64,000 nucleotides of DNA. Source: Candidatus Heimdallarchaeota archaeon (GTDB lineage Archaea; Asgardarchaeota; Heimdallarchaeia; JABLTI01). The notes beneath the pieces are model-generated. The model ran no database searches, had not been told where the DNA came from, and saw only the letters and a program-made list of their open reading frames with translations. Location: positions 25,171-89,170 of the forward strand of contig JAHLVW010000025.1 in NCBI GenBank assembly GCA_019058275.1, given 5' to 3'. The position numbers were made by a program, and so were the translations under genes. This document shows, piece by piece, positions 10,720 through 21,149 of this stretch (position 1 is its first letter; every line of letters begins with the position of its first letter).

Positions 10720-11514
10720 ATGGTTAAGCCAGGTTCAATCGTTGGCGGATTTATTATTGCAATTTCTATAGCTATGCAAGTTATTACGCTTGTCGAAATC
10801 GTTTCTTATTATTGGTTACTGTTTATTTGGGCAGCTGGACTTATTGCAGGAGTAACGTATGTTTTAGGGGGATTGGCTTTCGATTCAGATAAAATGGAAT
10901 ATTTCACAATCTCCGGTATTGGTTTTGGATCTATAATTGCTGTTACTGTTTATTTCTGCGTTTTCCAAGCTGAATCAATATACAATATGCTATTACCACT
11001 TGTTGCTGGAAAAGCCCTCTGGGCTTTCGGAGCAGTTGGTTTATCAACTGGGTCTGCAATATTAATGGCAATTGCACCTCTATTTGTAGTAGCAGGTACT
11101 GGAAAGCAAATGAAGGGAGTAAAACCTGGAGCTATTATTGGTGGTATTTTAATTAGTTCTTCATTGTTTTTACAAATTATAACGGTCATTCATTTCGCCA
11201 AGTATTACTGGCTTCTTGTATTCTGGTTCATTGGTTTAGTTGGGGCTATTTCTCTCGCTATTGGTGCCAGAGCAAAGTGGGGTTATAATAGCACAGAAGC
11301 TTTTGTGACTGCTGGAATTTTCATCGGCATTCTTCTTGTTTTGGTTATTTGGTGGACTGTTTCACCATCTATGAAAGCTAATATAACAAATACAATACCA
11401 GGTGTTACACATCCTATTGGAGAAATATTACCTACAGTAATCTCTTTTATCTCTGGTGTTATAGCATTCTTTGGTGTACTATTTTGTACAGCTTCTGAGA
11501 AAAGTAGATACTAA
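10720..11514 (+). CDS. Multi-pass membrane protein with an internal duplication
   Basis: About 8 TM helices; repeat VKPGSIVGG..YYWLL / VKPGAIIGG..YYWLL; ATG 10720 preferred as start. Confidence 0.65.
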   Translation: MVKPGSIVGGFIIAISIAMQVITLVEIVSYYWLLFIWAAGLIAGVTYVLGGLAFDSDKMEYFTISGIGFGSIIAVTVYFCVFQAESIYNMLLPLVAGKALWAFGAVGLSTGSAILMAIAPLFVVAGTGKQMKGVKPGAIIGGILISSSLFLQIITVIHFAKYYWLLVFWFIGLVGAISLAIGARAKWGYNSTEAFVTAGIFIGILLVLVIWWTVSPSMKANITNTIPGVTHPIGEILPTVISFISGVIAFFGVLFCTASEKSRY

Positions 11515-11663
11515 TCTTTTCTCAACTTTTTCTTTTGTTTTAAACATAATTCTTCAATTTTCTTTGAATAATTAACAAAGGAATTAAAAGGATATTTAGT
11601 TTATCAAAAACGAATATTAAAGATTGTAGATTTACTGTTATACGAAATATGTGAGGATATGAA

Positions 11664-12179
11664 TTGACAAAAACCATAAAATACCATTTTGAATATGGCT
11701 GCCTTGGTGGTACTTTTGATAGATTACATGGTGGTCAGAAGTTACTACTCACTACTGCCTTCAAACTTGCCAAAAAGGTCCTAATAGGTATAACTACTGA
11801 CGAATTAGCTAAAAGAGGTAAAAAAATCCATCACTTAATATGGCCTTACGAAAAACGATCCAAAGATGTACTGGATTTTCTACACTCAATTGGTATTTCT
11901 GATGATCGTATAGAAATAAAACCACTGTCTCGAGCAACACAATATGCTGACGAAATTTCTGAACTAGAAATAATAGTACTAAGTCCGGAAACATATGGTA
12001 GATTGTTGGACATTAATGATCTTCGAAGAGAAAAGGATTTAGCTGAATTATTGGCAATCGCCATTCCTTATTTTAGAGATGAAAATGGGAAAATTGTAAG
12101 TTCTCAAACCTTTAGAGAGCTGGAAATGAAATTGAAGCAACAAATTAAGCGTAAAGATGATGATGCTGCTGCTTTATAA
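11664..12179 (+). CDS. coaD: Phosphopantetheine adenylyltransferase (archaeal/eukaryotic type)
   Basis: GGTFDRLHGG, GITTD, VLSPET, IN..R...L, VSS motifs. Confidence 0.85.
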   Translation: MTKTIKYHFEYGCLGGTFDRLHGGQKLLLTTAFKLAKKVLIGITTDELAKRGKKIHHLIWPYEKRSKDVLDFLHSIGISDDRIEIKPLSRATQYADEISELEIIVLSPETYGRLLDINDLRREKDLAELLAIAIPYFRDENGKIVSSQTFRELEMKLKQQIKRKDDDAAAL

Positions 12180-12193
12180 TTCAGTTTTACATT

Positions 12194-14953
12194 TTAAAAG
12201 AAATCATCCAGTGACCTAATACCAATTATCTTATCAAATGATATGCCTATTGGGTCAAGAACTTGTGTTAATGTGGAATCCATTTGCGTCAGATATTTAT
12301 CTACATCAATTTCTGAAACATCTGCTAATTCCACAGGTTTTACCCCTTCTTGTCCCCTGGTTTTTACATATGATACTAAATCTCCAGCTCCTAATTTTTG
12401 ACCTGTTTTATCAGCTAGAAAACGAGCTGCTTTTACATGTTGTGGGGTTGTTTTTACATATTGATTTAGATTCTTATTTAGTTGCACTTTGAAAACCAAG
12501 GATTCAATCGCTAATTCACGTTTCTTTAGTTTGGAATAACATTGTTGTACAATATCCTCAATTTGCTGTTTAGCTTTATCAAAATCCTCTTCTTGGTTAA
12601 TACAGCTTAAAATGGTCACTATCTCATAAAAGACATCTTTCAAAAATGGTGGAGTATTTCTTTTCTTTCCTAGTAGACCTTTCACGTCTACACTGCCATC
12701 ATGATAAACTCCAAGATAGTTCTTCTTTCTATCTGATAGAGCTAAATATCTGTATGTTTTGTCTACATCAAGATTGATCTTAAGGTTCTTATCACTCCAA
12801 GCAATCAGCTCGTTAATCTGTTCTTGTGTAAGATTTTTCAAGAAAACTGAATCTGTATCTCCATAAATGACAGCAATACCCATCTGATTGCATTTTTCAA
12901 TTGTTTGTGTAATTGCTTGTCGGCCAATAGCAGTTGTTGCTTCAGCTAATGGAGGACAATAAAATGGAAAATGAGGTGCACCAAAGACACCATAAGAAGC
13001 ATTAATTACAACTTTTAAAGCTGATTGAATAACTTCATAAAAACCTCGAATGTTTTCATCCAAGCTTTTATCTTTGGTTTTTGGTTTAAACCAAGAAATT
13101 CGTATGTCTCTGATAAAGCCAATCAAAATAGACATTAGTCCTCTATTTTTTGTACAAACCCAATGATCTGTATCTGGAATTAATTTAATATCTTTACATT
13201 CCTCATGCTTGCAGTTCATTGTTTCATAGGAAAGATTCCATGTCTTTATTATACTCGGGTATAGACTAGCAAAATCCAGTACAGTAACATCAAAATGTAT
13301 CCCTGGATCTGGATCAACAACTAGAGCACCTTTGTATTTCTTTCCTTTTATCATGGCACTTGTTGTTGAATCACCTCGAGAGCTAATGATCTCTTCAGGT
13401 CTAGGAATAAGATACTTTCTTCTTCGATGTTCTGCAAATAACCAGTTTCTAATCCAACTTGAAACTGCTTGTCGAGTTATATCCTCAAAGGTCATACCAG
13501 TAAGACGCATAAGTTGAATGATTAATCGAATTGTTACAGAATCATTAAATGTGGTTAACTCGAGTGTAATTTTACTATCCCATAAATTGTATCGAGCGAG
13601 ATCATAACAGCTTGCATATCCAATTTCTTCTTCTAATTCGATTTTTCCTACGTCAAGCAATGCACTACTAACAGCGTTTAGTGAACTTTCACTATATTTA
13701 GAAGCAAACGCATAAACCTTAATTGCAGCTTGATTGAAAAAGCGATAAGCATCAAAATGAATTGAATTTCTTATCTTACAGCTATCTCTAACCATTATGA
13801 TAGGATTATCTTTCTTGGTAATTTTCAAGCGAACTGCTCGATTATAGAGATATGGCAGATCATAATTGTCACCGTTGAAAGTAATAATCATTGGATATTC
13901 TTGCATTAATCTGAAAGTTTCACGTAAAAGCTCTGCTTCATCATCATAGAAGGTTATTTCTACATCATCAGCCAATTCTTCTGAACGGGTTCCTAATGGT
14001 ACATCTTCTCGTTTCAGTACTAGTGCTTTCTTTACTCCATCATTTCCTACAATTGCTACAGAAATTACCTTCTCTTCTGCCTTTTTTGGATCAGAAATAT
14101 GAGTCATGGTTTTTGTATAAACCTCAATATCTATTGCTGCGCGTTTTATGTGTGGTACTCTAGCTAAGAATAGTGGTAGATATATTGGAATTAGTTCTTT
14201 AACTTCCTTAGGTGAATCCTTGAATATATCACGGATTTGTTTTTCAACTTCCTTATCTACTTCAGGAAAAACTGGTTCTAAATTACTATTTTTTACTTGA
14301 TAAAACATTCCAGGAAATAATTCACGATCATAGAGGTAATTTTGATGATATCTAATATTTGCTTCCCATGCAGCAGGTAATTTATCTCTTAAACTATCAA
14401 ACCCACCTGCTATAGCCAATGGATCAGTTACAAGAATTTTTGTCATGGGAACTTTATCATCGATTAATAAATTTTGAAGTGTAACTTTTTCATAACCAGT
14501 TATTTTAGAGAAGTTTTTAACTGGTGATATTTGTTTTAGTTCTTCTTCTTTTAAATCAGATAAACAATATGGCTTATGTTCAGTATTATCATACCAACCA
14601 AATAGTCGATTAGAGTGTTCATCTAATAGATAGAGAAATGCTTTACCACTTTTACCATCATATACTGATTGCAACAAACAACATGGTGGAGTGTTAGTCG
14701 GACATAGTTCTACTGGAGCACCCTCAAAAATGACATCCTCGTCATCATCTTCTTGGTCTTTCTCTAAATCATCACTTGCATTGCTCACAGCTAATTCATT
14801 TACCATAGTAGAGGGCTTGCCAGATAGATTATCATCTTTTCTTATTTGCTCTGGTTTTTCTGAAGAAGCTAATTCTTTCTCTTTCTTTGCATCTTTTTTA
14901 TCAATGTTTTCAGATGGGAAGAAAGTGTCTAATGATAATTGTTTTTTGCTCAT
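12194..14953 (-). CDS. polB: Family B DNA polymerase (PolB1-like)
   Basis: Exo DIEV, FNGDNYD; Pol DFASLYPSII, KVVINASYG, YGDTDS, KKNY. Confidence 0.95.
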   Translation of the reverse strand: MSKKQLSLDTFFPSENIDKKDAKKEKELASSEKPEQIRKDDNLSGKPSTMVNELAVSNASDDLEKDQEDDDEDVIFEGAPVELCPTNTPPCCLLQSVYDGKSGKAFLYLLDEHSNRLFGWYDNTEHKPYCLSDLKEEELKQISPVKNFSKITGYEKVTLQNLLIDDKVPMTKILVTDPLAIAGGFDSLRDKLPAAWEANIRYHQNYLYDRELFPGMFYQVKNSNLEPVFPEVDKEVEKQIRDIFKDSPKEVKELIPIYLPLFLARVPHIKRAAIDIEVYTKTMTHISDPKKAEEKVISVAIVGNDGVKKALVLKREDVPLGTRSEELADDVEITFYDDEAELLRETFRLMQEYPMIITFNGDNYDLPYLYNRAVRLKITKKDNPIIMVRDSCKIRNSIHFDAYRFFNQAAIKVYAFASKYSESSLNAVSSALLDVGKIELEEEIGYASCYDLARYNLWDSKITLELTTFNDSVTIRLIIQLMRLTGMTFEDITRQAVSSWIRNWLFAEHRRRKYLIPRPEEIISSRGDSTTSAMIKGKKYKGALVVDPDPGIHFDVTVLDFASLYPSIIKTWNLSYETMNCKHEECKDIKLIPDTDHWVCTKNRGLMSILIGFIRDIRISWFKPKTKDKSLDENIRGFYEVIQSALKVVINASYGVFGAPHFPFYCPPLAEATTAIGRQAITQTIEKCNQMGIAVIYGDTDSVFLKNLTQEQINELIAWSDKNLKINLDVDKTYRYLALSDRKKNYLGVYHDGSVDVKGLLGKKRNTPPFLKDVFYEIVTILSCINQEEDFDKAKQQIEDIVQQCYSKLKKRELAIESLVFKVQLNKNLNQYVKTTPQHVKAARFLADKTGQKLGAGDLVSYVKTRGQEGVKPVELADVSEIDVDKYLTQMDSTLTQVLDPIGISFDKIIGIRSLDDFF

Positions 14954-15139
14954 ACATTACCCTCATATCGCTGACAAATTCATAATGATTTAAAAATTAA
15001 TACTTAGTTGTTTTTACTTGTTTTGGTCTTGTGAATTATGTTATTACTCATATATATGATATAATTAAACTTCAAAACCTTTTAACTCTTCTAGAGATGG
15101 GGTTTTTATTTGCCACTTTCTACTTCTTGATGAGTATCA

Positions 15140-15562
15140 ATGAATGGAAATAACAACAACAGTAAATCCGATGTTGGTTTTTTAATTTTCTTGATTTTAG
15201 TGGTTACTGCTATGATTCCATTCTTCATTGGATTTGATAATTTTAATAAGATCTTGCAAATAAGTAAAATCATAATTTTTGTATTTACGGCAATAGCTGT
15301 AGCTGCTAGTGTAGTATTTGGTTTCATTTTCTTTAGAAAAAAATTAACATTTAAAAATCTCAAGAAAATTAACAATGATAGTGTAGAAGATGCAATTAAT
15401 GAATCGTTAAATGAAGATAAACTAAAAGATAAGAATATTCCAAAGATAGAATTAACATCTACTAACCAGCAGGAAAACATCTTAGATGTAGGAAATAAAT
15501 TGTCTAAAATTGACTCAATGAGTAATGATTTGCGAAAGCTAAATCAAAAATATGATTTTTAG
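15140..15562 (+). CDS. Hypothetical membrane protein (2 TM)
   Basis: Two hydrophobic segments followed by a charged tail. Confidence 0.5.
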   Translation: MNGNNNNSKSDVGFLIFLILVVTAMIPFFIGFDNFNKILQISKIIIFVFTAIAVAASVVFGFIFFRKKLTFKNLKKINNDSVEDAINESLNEDKLKDKNIPKIELTSTNQQENILDVGNKLSKIDSMSNDLRKLNQKYDF

Positions 15563-15585
15563 AGAACTTCCATTAAATAAAACAA

Positions 15586-15813
15586 AAAGAACTGGAAAGA
15601 GTTATAGAATCAATGACCTATGGTAGAAAATCATTGCGAAATCATCTCCTCCTAATGGTAAATCTGGTAATAAATGGTGAGAGTAAAAAAAAAGGAAAAG
15701 TAGAAATGGAAAAAGGAATCTCATCATCGGCAACTAAAGAGAAAGATAATAACTCAAGTACTAAGGGGGCTGAGATGCATCTATTCACTTTCATGAGCAA
15801 TGCTAACTCATAG
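15586..15813 (+). pseudogene. 5'-truncated remnant of the Cas5-HD gene 3' end (orphan copy A)
   Basis: KELERVIESMTYGRKSLRNHLLLMVNL aligns with KELKRIVEALDYGKNPLRNHLLIMVNM of ORF 43064-44119. Confidence 0.85.
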
Positions 15814-15884
15814 AGTACAACCAGCTCAAAAAATTGGGACAGCTAGGAACATAACTAGAGAATAAGACAGTGAAAAAAACTGTT
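15718..15884 (+). ncRNA. Putative structured ncRNA, copy A
   Basis: Homologous to 32075-32235 and 43988-44153; ATCTCA/TGAGAT, GAG/CTC, CTCAA/TTGGG and ACAGT/ACTGT stems. Confidence 0.55.
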
Positions 15885-15896
15885 AGGAGATAAAAC

Positions 15897-16008
15897 TGGC
15901 GCCCCGATCGGGATTTGAACCCGAAACTGGTCAATGAGGTTTTTTTCTTCTCATTCATGTCCATCGGGTGACAGCCGAAGATGATAGGCCGTACTACACT
16001 ATCAGGGC
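15897..16008 (-). tRNA. tRNA-Asp(GTC) with a ~34-nt insertion/intron in the variable-loop region (~15925-15958)
   Basis: Acceptor GCCCTGA/TCGGGGC, loop CTGTCAC, T-arm TCGGG-TTCAAAT-CCCGA, encoded CCA. Confidence 0.9.
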
Positions 16009-16115
16009 ACATTAGTTTTTTTCTGTTATTTTTTCCTTTTTAATCTTTTCTAAGAATATGTGTTATTCAATTTTACGTCTACTACTTGTATTGATTTTAA
16101 CTGTCTAACAGACAT

Positions 16116-16709
16116 TCATTTTATGTTATCTTTCAATAGTTTGATTGCTTCTTCTCTTGCTTTAAGTAATGTTCGTCTTTCAATTCCTTCCATTTCCTGA
16201 GATGATAGTATCTTTTCTGTTAACACCTTTGTAAATAGGAGGTATTCATCTTTTCTACTTATGTATGGAATGACTTTTTCTTCGTGAATAAATTCCTCGA
16301 TAGAGGTTTTTTTTCCATTATTATTTCCTTCGGTCAGATCAAATCTGAATTTAGCATAGACTAAAAAACAATGAACCATTGGAACGTATGGTATATTATA
16401 CTTTATCAAAATCTTATCTAGTCCTGTTGAAATAGCTTCTGTCAGTTTGTAAATTCCCACTTTTTTGTAAAGTGATATTTTGAGTTCTTCTGCAAGACCG
16501 GCAATAACTCCATGTTTGGTTGTACAGCTACACATATTTTCTAAAAATAATATCATTTTATCATCTTTGTCGCTGTTATATCCATATTTTAGATTATGAA
16601 CATATAGACATGCTTCTTGGAAAGTTTCTATACATAGATCTAAGAATTTCTGACTTATCTCTCCAGATGATGTTATTTTCGCTTTAGGTAGATTTTCATA
16701 AGAATCCAT
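16116..16709 (-). CDS. Hypothetical protein (possible transglutaminase-like Cys/His/Asp triad)
   Basis: SCTTKH...VHCFL...FDLTEG pattern. Confidence 0.5.
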   Translation of the reverse strand: MDSYENLPKAKITSSGEISQKFLDLCIETFQEACLYVHNLKYGYNSDKDDKMILFLENMCSCTTKHGVIAGLAEELKISLYKKVGIYKLTEAISTGLDKILIKYNIPYVPMVHCFLVYAKFRFDLTEGNNNGKKTSIEEFIHEEKVIPYISRKDEYLLFTKVLTEKILSSQEMEGIERRTLLKAREEAIKLLKDNIK

Positions 16710-16832
16710 AATTAAGCTAAAGCAGTTTTTTCATATAAGATTGCTGTTTTAGAAACTATTTTCTCGCCGAAATTAGCTCTATATTTCTTAGATGATTTTA
16801 GATTTAAAAGAGAAGATCAGTTATCTTATTTG

Positions 16833-17555
16833 TCAGATATTTAATTTCCGTTTTAGATCCACACCTCGAATAATCCTGAAGTGCAAATATAGCAGAAATC
16901 CACCTATTACTAATGTTGACGCTAATACGTACAATGACCAACTGACAGTAAATCGTTGCTTTAAAAAGCTGGAAATGATGAAATCGACTCCTAGACAAAT
17001 AACTCCAATGCCAAATAGTATGAATGATGCAATATTCAATCCCTTATTCTTAACAGAAATTGAAGTTATTACAACTGCAATAATTATCGTCTCTACTAAC
17101 GCTACCATAGGCAATCCTACTCGTAAATACCAATCGATTCGTCCGTTATCTATTAAATCTATAACCAAGAGGAAAACAAAAAGTGGGAGTGCTTCTCCTA
17201 TTAGTAAAATCGTTAGTTTATCTGGGAATAGTAATGGCATTGAAATAATGAGCCAAACCAGTATTAGTGAAGCAATTGAGTAAAGTGACCAGCTTACAGT
17301 TTTATTAATAATTAAATCAGTAAACAAAGTGATTAGTAATGGAATTATTAGTGTAACGCTAGCAATTTCCCAAATTAGTTTGCGTCTTTGTTTTGCAGTT
17401 CTCCCTGGTTTACTTGGTCCTAGTGCAGGTTCGTCTGGGTACTTTTTTGTATATTCAACAGGTTCTTCATCAGTTTCTTGTATTGGTGATCCGCATAGAG
17501 GGCAATGTGTTTTATGTGGTTCAATTTCTACTCCACATTTGCTGCAAAATGACAA
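16833..17555 (-). CDS. Zn-ribbon + multi-TM membrane protein (DUF6320-like)
   Basis: N-terminal CSKC...CPLC and about 6 TM helices; paired with the acyltransferase gene. Confidence 0.65.
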   Translation of the reverse strand: MSFCSKCGVEIEPHKTHCPLCGSPIQETDEEPVEYTKKYPDEPALGPSKPGRTAKQRRKLIWEIASVTLIIPLLITLFTDLIINKTVSWSLYSIASLILVWLIISMPLLFPDKLTILLIGEALPLFVFLLVIDLIDNGRIDWYLRVGLPMVALVETIIIAVVITSISVKNKGLNIASFILFGIGVICLGVDFIISSFLKQRFTVSWSLYVLASTLVIGGFLLYLHFRIIRGVDLKRKLNI

Positions 17556-17567
17556 TGCTATTATCTC

Positions 17568-18914
17568 CTAATTTGTTTCGATTCTTATTTCTATTCCTTC
17601 TTTAACAAGCTTTCTAAAGAAGGTTTTTTCTACGATTGTTTCTTTTATTGTTCTTCCCCAGCTTATGTATAGATTTTCTTCATAGCTTACAACAGCACAA
17701 CCTGTTTTTGTGACTGGACTTGGTGCTGGGAAGAGATGAATATCACTAATTTCGTTATTTAATGGTTCTGGTAATGATACTTTACCTAAGTTAGTGATTA
17801 CTCCTGAATATAGAAATTCCCCTTGTCCGTTATAAATGACTTTACCAAATAGCTTCTTCAGAAACAATGGAGTATATCTTACTATTGGGTTTAATTCTCC
17901 TCTTACATTTCGAGCAATCTGCTGATTTATGTATTTATCAGAAACCTCTAATCGCATGTAATGATATACTTGCTTCAAAATTTCTTCAAATGAATACTTA
18001 CCTAATCTTGGATCAATAAATGGAGTTACATATAATGAGAAGTTTCTCATGGTCTTAGATGGATAAATTCTTCTTAGATTTACAGGAACCATTAATCGTA
18101 TTGGTTTTAGATTCTTCTTTAGCACTTTCAAAGGTAAGCTAAACAACACTTCTTGTAAAGAATCCAAGTATATTGCTGTTAGGTATTCAGTAAGAGTAAC
18201 ATTCAATTCCTTTGATTTTTGAAGCACTTGTTTTATTGGCATTATACCTGTTAAGATGTTATAGACCCCTTTAGGTTCCAATTTGTATGGTAAATGAAAT
18301 GCTTTTGAGATACGTTTTGGATCAGGAATTTCTTTATGATAATTCTTCCTAAATGCATCTTCATATTCTTCTTTATGAGGTTCTTCCCCAGGTCGAAAAA
18401 TATCTTGCCAATCATTGATTTCTAAACCCGTTAATCTTAGATATTCACTTACTAGAGATTTCAAAAAAGTTAGTGCACCTCTCCCATCTGTTATACTATG
18501 ATGGAATTCAACTGCTATACGATTATAAAATGCTCTTACTCTAAATGGGAATATTCCTTTCTTAGTTATTGGCATTTTTTGACTTGGATATTTTGAGTCC
18601 TTTATGATTGTTGGTTTTCCACTAGTATATTCCCAATAATTCCAAAATAAACCTCTTTGTAGATTAACTCTATAATATGGAAATCTTACAATTATGTTTT
18701 CAAGTGTTTGTTGTAATAGTCCTACATTTATGGAGTGTTTTAGAGTAGCAGTCATTCTAAATAGACAAGGAATTCTTGATGATGTAACTAGAGAAAATAT
18801 TGTTGCTGCGTTATCTAATTTATAAGATGTTGGAATTTGATTCTCGTCTGTTACCTGGGAGTTCTGATGATCCAATGATGTATGAGAATCACTATTACTT
18901 TGTCTTGAATTCAT
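17568..18914 (-). CDS. CoA-dependent acyltransferase (alcohol acetyltransferase/condensation-domain family)
   Basis: LDNAATIF, FHHSITDG (HHxxxDG), PVNLR, TNLG. Confidence 0.8.
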   Translation of the reverse strand: MNSRQSNSDSHTSLDHQNSQVTDENQIPTSYKLDNAATIFSLVTSSRIPCLFRMTATLKHSINVGLLQQTLENIIVRFPYYRVNLQRGLFWNYWEYTSGKPTIIKDSKYPSQKMPITKKGIFPFRVRAFYNRIAVEFHHSITDGRGALTFLKSLVSEYLRLTGLEINDWQDIFRPGEEPHKEEYEDAFRKNYHKEIPDPKRISKAFHLPYKLEPKGVYNILTGIMPIKQVLQKSKELNVTLTEYLTAIYLDSLQEVLFSLPLKVLKKNLKPIRLMVPVNLRRIYPSKTMRNFSLYVTPFIDPRLGKYSFEEILKQVYHYMRLEVSDKYINQQIARNVRGELNPIVRYTPLFLKKLFGKVIYNGQGEFLYSGVITNLGKVSLPEPLNNEISDIHLFPAPSPVTKTGCAVVSYEENLYISWGRTIKETIVEKTFFRKLVKEGIEIRIETN

Positions 18915-19032
18915 TTGTGTTCTTCCGGGGTTCTAGTTTAAAAATAAAATGTTGATTATTAACTTACTACTAGTTAAACAGCTTTTTGTAATTGTCCTCT
19001 TAACTCAAAGAATGAGTATTACAAAAGAATAT

Positions 19033-19893
19033 TTAATCCAAAATTGTTTTTTGCATTAGCTCCAAAACAGCTAATGATGATTTTTGTGAATTTATTTTCT
19101 CTAATAATAATGGTAATATTATAGTTGTTTTTCTTAGTTTTTCAAATTTTATTGATTCATATTTTACATCATATAGAACTAACCCTTCAGCAGAAGCTGG
19201 TTTTATCCCACCTTTTGATACTGGAATTGCTGGAGTTAATACTTCATCAATGAAATCTAATGGATATCTATTGGAACCAACTGCTTGAATAAGGGAAACC
19301 ATTTTGCGTACTTGTTTCCATAAGAAATTTCTTGATGAAAATTCATATTGTAGTAATTTCTGTTTCTTTAACAATTTTACATTTGCATTATCAATGGTCA
19401 AAACAGTAGATCTATCACTTCCATCAGGTAATTTATCTTGCTTCTTACATAATTTTGCAAAATCATGAGTACCGTGCAGTTTTTTTAATCCCATTTTCAT
19501 AAGCTTAATGTTCTCATTGCCATAGACTTGATAGTATCTGTAAGTTCTTTTTGATGCATCTTTCCTAGCATTGAATTCAGTTTCAACCCTAGTTTTAGCC
19601 CAAGCAAAGATATCTTTTGGTAACTTATTATTCAATTCTTCGAGATATAGCTCTTCTCTTTTGGAATTAAAAGCTATCACCTGACTTATTGCATTAACAC
19701 CCTTATCAGTTCTACCAGCAGCAGAGTAACGAGCAGTTGGAGCATCATTGATATATCCTAATTCCTCTAAAACATCAATAAGAGTACCTTCGATGGTCTT
19801 TATAGAATTAGGTTGCTGTTGAAATCCTTGATAATCTTTTCCTATATAGGCTATCTTAAGAGCGAACCGAGTAACCATTTTGGTAGTCTCCAA
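19033..19893 (-). CDS. truA: tRNA pseudouridine(38-40) synthase
   Basis: AYIGKDYQGFQQQP, AGRTDKGVNA, FNAR, GTHDF, FLWKQVR. Confidence 0.95.
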   Translation of the reverse strand: METTKMVTRFALKIAYIGKDYQGFQQQPNSIKTIEGTLIDVLEELGYINDAPTARYSAAGRTDKGVNAISQVIAFNSKREELYLEELNNKLPKDIFAWAKTRVETEFNARKDASKRTYRYYQVYGNENIKLMKMGLKKLHGTHDFAKLCKKQDKLPDGSDRSTVLTIDNANVKLLKKQKLLQYEFSSRNFLWKQVRKMVSLIQAVGSNRYPLDFIDEVLTPAIPVSKGGIKPASAEGLVLYDVKYESIKFEKLRKTTIILPLLLEKINSQKSSLAVLELMQKTILD

Positions 19894-19920
19894 AAAAAGC
19901 GTCAGAAAAGAGATAGAAAT

Positions 19921-20535
19921 TTAAATTACTGCATTGGCGAATTCTTCTTGTAAGTCAGCTTCGATTTTAGTTGCTAAATCACGACGAAACACTGGAGGGA
20001 CGATACGTAGTTTAGTGATAAGCATGTCTAGTATTTGATCTACAACACTTTTTATGTCAAAAGGTTTAATTTCTGCTAATCCTTGAACGATAGATTCTTC
20101 GACAAATACCTTCACAACAGAAGAAATGACCGCGAATGTTATACCATCTTTCTCTACATAGTACGGGAAATTTTTCCTGTCCCTTAATGTAAAGAAACCT
20201 AATTGTTCAGCAAGGGAGTTTACATACCAGTCAAGGCTTGTTTCAGTAACATTCAATCTATCAGCAAATTCCTTTTTTGAACCATGGTTAGGATAAGATG
20301 CTGGTAATCTGTTTACTACATACAATGCTGCAGCATTAAGAGCTTTCTGATCACGAGGGAAACCAGCTTTAGTAATATATTTTGCTACCACCTTTAAGGC
20401 AAAGACTTTGTATGATTCCTTAACTGCTTGGGAACTAAAGAAGTCATATGCACTTTTCAAGAATTTAATTGTCTCTTCTGTACTGGAGTGATCCCATAAA
20501 AAAAGGTCTGTTTTTCCAAATGTTTCTGCGTTCAA
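19921..20535 (-). CDS. Hypothetical protein with a cyclin/TFB-repeat-like helical domain
   Basis: 'AAALYVV...SKKEFADRLNVTETSL' resembles the TFB C-terminal cyclin repeat HTH. Confidence 0.45.
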   Translation of the reverse strand: MNAETFGKTDLFLWDHSSTEETIKFLKSAYDFFSSQAVKESYKVFALKVVAKYITKAGFPRDQKALNAAALYVVNRLPASYPNHGSKKEFADRLNVTETSLDWYVNSLAEQLGFFTLRDRKNFPYYVEKDGITFAVISSVVKVFVEESIVQGLAEIKPFDIKSVVDQILDMLITKLRIVPPVFRRDLATKIEADLQEEFANAVI

Positions 20536-20619
20536 TATAACTTACCCTTATTTCTAATAGTAGAAATCTTTTTTATCTTTTATGCTTCTTGGAAATGAAG
20601 GTGTTTCCAATAGAAAAAA

Positions 20620-21096
20620 CTACTCTTGCTTCTTACCTCGAGTAAAAAACTTTTTCCAAAAAGGAATTTTATCTAAGGGCAAGTCCATTTTTGCATTCTG
20701 TGGTACAACTTTCAGTTCAACTAAATCCTTATCAAAATCCATGAAGAGACTAGTATCATATGCGAGGTTGTTTAATTGAGGTTGGTATTTCTCAATGAAA
20801 ATTTTGTGTGTATCCTCTAACTGTTTTTTGATTTTCTCATCATCTTCCAATATAGGATTTGCTAATACAATTATGAGTTCATTACCCTCATCCACTTTGA
20901 AATCTAGTTTAAAATCATCAAAAATAACAGATTTTATTCCTTTTTCACTAAATGTCTCTTTTGAAAATGAGAATAACGCTGCTAAGAATCCACTTTGTAA
21001 AGCATGATCTGGATGCATTTTACAAGTAGACCCTCCATAGCATTTCGCAAATAATGGAACACCGGAGGTTTTCAAAATAATAACATCATCAGCCAT
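20620..21096 (-). CDS. Longin/roadblock-like domain protein
   Basis: IILKTSGVPLFAK...LQSGFLAALFSFSKE...IKSVIF is a longin-like pattern; ATG 21096 preferred as start. Confidence 0.65.
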   Translation of the reverse strand: MADDVIILKTSGVPLFAKCYGGSTCKMHPDHALQSGFLAALFSFSKETFSEKGIKSVIFDDFKLDFKVDEGNELIIVLANPILEDDEKIKKQLEDTHKIFIEKYQPQLNNLAYDTSLFMDFDKDLVELKVVPQNAKMDLPLDKIPFWKKFFTRGKKQE

Positions 21097-21149
21097 ATGT
21101 ATTCCCCAATGATTTTTTTTTTTCATTTCAACGATTAATTTTTTTTGTC

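Noticed and set aside
15803-16012. ORFs 15803-16012 and 43954-44358
   Set aside because: They overlap tRNA genes and are spurious
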